In this document: piece by piece, positions 51,801 to 64,000 of the stretch | Layout of the letters: each line of letters begins with the position of its first letter | Position numbering within the stretch: position 1 is the first letter of the stretch | NCBI GenBank assembly: GCA_030141605.1 | Contig: JAQGDQ010002384.1 | Coordinates: 1 to 64,000 of the forward strand | Direction of reading: 5' to 3' | Source of the DNA: Tubiluchus corallicola | Taxonomy: Eukaryota > Animalia > Priapulida | DNA length: 64,000 nt | Notes under the pieces: model-generated | Told to the model about the DNA's origin: nothing | Seen by the model: the letters and a program-made list of their open reading frames with translations, nothing else | Database searches by the model: none | Made by a program: the position numbers and the translations under genes

Positions 51801-52522
51801 GTTCACTCATTCAGTAAATAATTTAAAAAACTTACAATTACTTATTTATTTGTGTGATTTATCTGCAGACAATTAAGACAAAATCAATATTCAAGCTACG
51901 AAGAAATAAAAACACAAATAGATAAACAGACAAAATGACACAAAACATACAAATAGTGTAATCTTCAAGAATCACGAAATTGTAATGTGACATGCAATGA
52001 CATAATCGATGAAAAGTTGATCCAAGTTACTCCAAGGTCTTGCATAACCTCACATTTGGTCACTCACTAGCGGAGACGAAAGGTATGCATCTGAGAAATA
52101 ATGGGTAAAAGCCCAAGGAGTCAAATCAAATATTGCAAACTGCAGCAATTATCATTTTGAATTTGCCAATGATTGCTTGATTTACTATAATAGTTATTTC
52201 AGTTGAGAGCTTTACAAGTTGTACAAGATGTACTCAAAAACTAATCACGTACAGTCAAGATGTACACGCTACAGAATCTCCTAGTAAGACTGCTATTCGT
52301 TGTTAATTATTACTAGTAAATTAGTTAATTCCAGTTCTTATCGGTTTAGCATGTCCCATTAACTTGGAAAATGGTCAAACGTAACACATTTCTCATTTGT
52401 ATTTTTCTCATAGGAATATATGATGGCAGCGAAGACAACTCTCTAATCCAATGCTGTTTTATCGTACACCTGGTTTTACTAGATTATGAATACTATAAAT
52501 ACTACTTGTGCTGTGCCGAGCA

Positions 52523-52643
52523 AGCTACAGCCAAATCACGTTGAAAACACCGGTTTTCGTCTGATCCCCAAAGTTAAGTAATGTAGAGACCCTGGTTAGT
52601 ACTTGGATGGGTGACCGCCTAGGAATACTACGTGCTGTTGACT
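52523..52643 (+). pseudogene. Diverged, apparently chimeric 5S rRNA copy
   Basis: Several substitutions and an indel; lacks the array upstream flank but has the array terminator and downstream spacer. Confidence 0.85.
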
Positions 52644-53289
52644 TTTTTGCTAGTGCCTATTAACTATTGAAGTGTGTGCACAACACGACCATTTCATTTT
52701 TGCAGAATTGTTTCTGACTTTTGGAAGTAGAAGTGATAGGAATAAGTGTCTGTCTGAACATTATTTTGATTTTTATTTGCTTTGCATTTTAATGTCTAAA
52801 ACTATCTATTTGTTACGTTTCTCAAATACTACACACAAAAATTCAAAACAGATACTTTGTTACTACGTTCACCTTAATCTATCTATTATTTCTATATTAT
52901 CTCTTTTAACGAAATACAGAAGTTACGCAACCTCGAACCTGGTTTGGTTTTGCGTTTGAATGGGTGACTGCCCGGGACTGACATTTTTTTAAATGGTCAG
53001 GAAGGCTGATGACAAAAGCTGTAAAATCTTCTTCAACACTCAAAAATGGATTTTTGTTCTGACTGATATTTTTAAATGAAGGATCTCTTTGCTTGTTCAT
53101 GCTTGATCATTCCCATGTTTAATTATGTCATATTTAGAAGGTAATAGACTTGAGCACGGTATTTTAACATCTCTGATATTTTAGAATTTCATATGATATT
53201 TCTATTTATACTTTGCATTAAAATACTAAAAAGGTTTGTTTATTCATGTACATCATTTCTATGTTAACTCATCTTAAGAAACTGCTAAT

Positions 53290-53408
53290 GTCTACGGCCA
53301 TATTACATTGAATACACCGGTTCTCGTCTGATCACCGAAGTTAAGCAATGCAGAGTGTGGTTAGTACTTGGATAGGGGACCGCCTAGGAATACCACGTGC
53401 TGTAGACT
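53290..53408 (+). rRNA. 5S rRNA gene (array type, a few substitutions)
   Basis: Full length, array upstream flank, T-run terminator. Confidence 0.88.
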
Positions 53409-54114
53409 TTTTTGCTAGAGTGATTATTAACAATCAAAGTGTGTGCACAACACGACCATATCATTTTGACAGTATTGTTTTTGATTTTTGGAAGTTGAAG
53501 TGGTGGAAATAAATGTCTGTCTCGACATTACGTTGATTTTTTTTGGCATTTTAATGTGAAAGACTATCTATTTGTTACGTTTCTCGAATATCACACAAAG
53601 TGAACAAAAATGAAAATAAAACTAGAAAATCAGCCACTGCCCTTCAAAAATTATTTTTGATTTTCATATAAAAATTCAAAACAGATACTTTGTTCCTACG
53701 TTCACCTTAATCTATCTATTATTTCTATATTATCTCTCTTTAACGAAATGCAGAAGTTAAGCAATCTCGAACCTGGTTTTGCGTTTGAATGGGTGACTGT
53801 CCGGGAATTCTGGTATTGCTAACTTCTTAACTTGGTGCTTAAATTTTTTTTAAATGGTCAGGAAGGGTGATGACAAATGCTGTAAAATCTTCTGCACCAC
53901 TCAAAAATGGATTTTTGTTCTGACTGATATTTTTAAATGTGTATTCTTTTTGCTTGTTCATGCTTGATCATTCCCATGTTTAATTGCGTCATATTTAAAA
54001 GATAATATACTTGAGCACGGTATTTGAACCTCCCCGATACTTTATAATTTCATGTGATATTTTTATTTATACTTTGCATTACAATACTAAGAAGGTTTGC
54101 TCGTTCATGTATAA

Positions 54115-54440
54115 TGTTACAGAGGCACCTGTGTCGGGTGTAGGGCCCTCTACACGCCCTGCTTTCACGTCAGCAGCGACTCACCCCTTTTTTGTAGGTC
54201 CAGACGTCTTGTTTGGGCCTACACGTGGTGGAAGAAGCCAGCAGCCCTGGAATGCCAGTAAAAAAGCGTGTAGAGGTCACTAGAGCCTTGATTTGTGACA
54301 CAGCTGCTCCTCGGGCGTAGTGCTGTTACTTAGCTATTTTTTGTGTGTGTATTTTGTTCCCCTATAAGTGCTGGTAATAAACTCCGTACAGTGTAATTTT
54401 TGTGTTTTATATTGTGAGAGTTAAATGACATGCTATAACA
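54115..54440 (+). mobile_element. Probable solo LTR truncating the 5S spacer
   Basis: TGTTACAG...CTATAACA inverted termini, AATAAA near 54377, GC-richer than flanks; no TSD seen. Confidence 0.6.
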
Positions 54441-54524
54441 GGTATCTGGTATTAGTTCACAGATATTAGCTTAATTAATTAGCATAACATTTATAATTAA
54501 AAGTAACATTTGTAGTTAAGTACT

Positions 54525-54897
54525 CAGGGCCTCTTTCAGCTTAAGAGAGGCCCGGGAAAGTGGGGCGTGTGAGGCCCCCTCGAGGGGGAGGGCAAAGCGC
54601 CCAGAAAAATTTTGAACTGCTAGAACGCCGGAGAAGCATTTTCGAAGAGAAAACATGGAGTTACACAGTTGTTAAAGGAAAGAACAATTGAAAGAAAAAC
54701 TGCTTTATTCTCAAAACCAGTCCTTAATACTTGTCAATACTGGCAAACGGCGCGCGTGCGGCAAGAGAGAGAGAGGGGGGAGCGGAGGAAGTATGTTCGC
54801 ATAAAGCAAAAAAATGTTACCTTGGCATCAGGCCCCCTGGAGGGTGAGGCCCCGGGGAATTGTCCCCACTTAACCCCCCCCCCTAAAATAGGGCCTG
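54525..54897. mobile_element. hAT MITE family B copy 2, inverted relative to 11936-12350
   Basis: CAGGGCC...GGGCCTG termini; perfect 8-bp TSD TAAGTACT. Confidence 0.9.
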
Positions 54898-55307
54898 TAA
54901 GTACTCAATTACATACCGATACAAAATGGGTCTTCATGAACTATTTTCATCAGCATCTTGCAAGGTTAATGACTCGAAAGAAATCTAATGTTGCACAGTT
55001 ATGCTTTTGCTGAATAGTTTGTCAGATTTAATTTGGATCAAGAGTTGTGTACGTATGATACAAAATGTTCAGTTAGCAAGTAAATGGTTTCCTTCAAGAC
55101 TTGACAGAGAACGTTTGTAGAACTTCACCATATTTAAAACCATAAAAAATTAAATTAATATTGTTAGTGGCAACTCACAAACGATGTTCAAAAATTGGTT
55201 AAAAGTAATTTTATTCACATCCATTATATACAGCTTTATTAAAAGTATGTTATTCATAATATTCATAATGTTATTCACAAGTAGGCTTATAGCATGCTTA
55301 AAACTGT

Positions 55308-55309
55308 TG

Positions 55310-55341
<32 letters not shown>

Positions 55342-55477
55342 TGTGTGTGTGTGCATGCGTGTGCATGCGTGAGTGCGTGCGTGTGTGTGTGTGTGCGTGC
55401 GTGCATACGTGTGTGTGTGTGTGTGTGTGTGCATGCGTGTGTGTGTGTGTGTGTGTGTGCATGTGTGTGCATGTGTG

Positions 55478-55517
<40 letters not shown>

Positions 55518-55577
55518 TGCATGCATACGTGTGTGTGTGTGCGTGTGTGCGTACGTGTGCGTACGTATGCGTGCGTG
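55308..55577. repeat. (GT)n/(GCGT)n microsatellite
   Basis: Directly visible, immediately 3' of the P450 stop codon. Confidence 0.95.
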
Positions 55578-55588
55578 TTTATAGTTTC

Positions 55589-63648
<8,060 letters not shown>

Positions 63649-64000
63649 CTACAGCAAACAATAAAAACTAGTTGACAACGTTTCTGATGTGGAGAGAAAC
63701 TGGAGTTTTTGCAAACAGTGGCTATAGAATTAGTTACAGAAGCAGTTAGAATTTCAAAAAGTGTCAACATTTTATCTGAAAATCACAATTTTGATTTTTA
63801 TTGAATTCACATTACTGCATTACCTATGAACTGTACTTCAAAATGAAATCGCAACTTGTAACTTTTCCACATGTGACCTTTGGGTCAAAGGTAGGTTAAC
63901 TCCTGTCAATTTATGCCATTCAGTTCATCTCGTCAAGACCTTTCATCAGATATGCTACAAGCTGTAGTTCAGGTCAACACTAGAAAGTTTTTGCTCCTCG

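Noticed and set aside
51960-52470. Candidate upstream exons for the C-type lectin
   Set aside because: Acceptor-like sites are present, but frames hit stops or show no CTLD/signal-peptide features.

Overview
Intron-rich, microsatellite-rich invertebrate genomic DNA. A lophotrochozoan such as a mollusc or annelid is plausible from the 5S sequence and gene content, but that is inference. From left to right: (1) 1-2911 is the GC-rich right end of a Polinton/Maverick-like element ending in ACTACT. It carries overlapping intronless ORFs, a DnaQ-like protein and a clearly TATA-binding-protein (TBP)-like gene, plus a near-perfect inverted duplication (1-380 / 714-1093). (2) 3372-17474 (+) is a PLEKHG7-like DH-PH RhoGEF. 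(3) 23806-33433 (+) is a secreted GH18 chitinase-like protein with an altered catalytic motif, about 41 copies of a His/Glu/Tyr-rich 14-aa repeat and a C-terminal CBM14. (4) Two small secreted Tyr/Gly-rich genes lie on the minus strand. (5) Fragmented 5S rDNA arrays are interrupted by a BEL/Pao remnant, a 17-bp satellite and a solo LTR, and there are separate 5S pseudogenes. (6) There is an orphan C-type lectin exon. (7) 55589-63648 (-) is the 3' part of a clan-2 cytochrome P450. The strongest novelty candidates are the Polinton-encoded TBP module and the His-rich chitinase plus Gly/Tyr-protein cluster. All exon calls were made by eye and no database searches were run.
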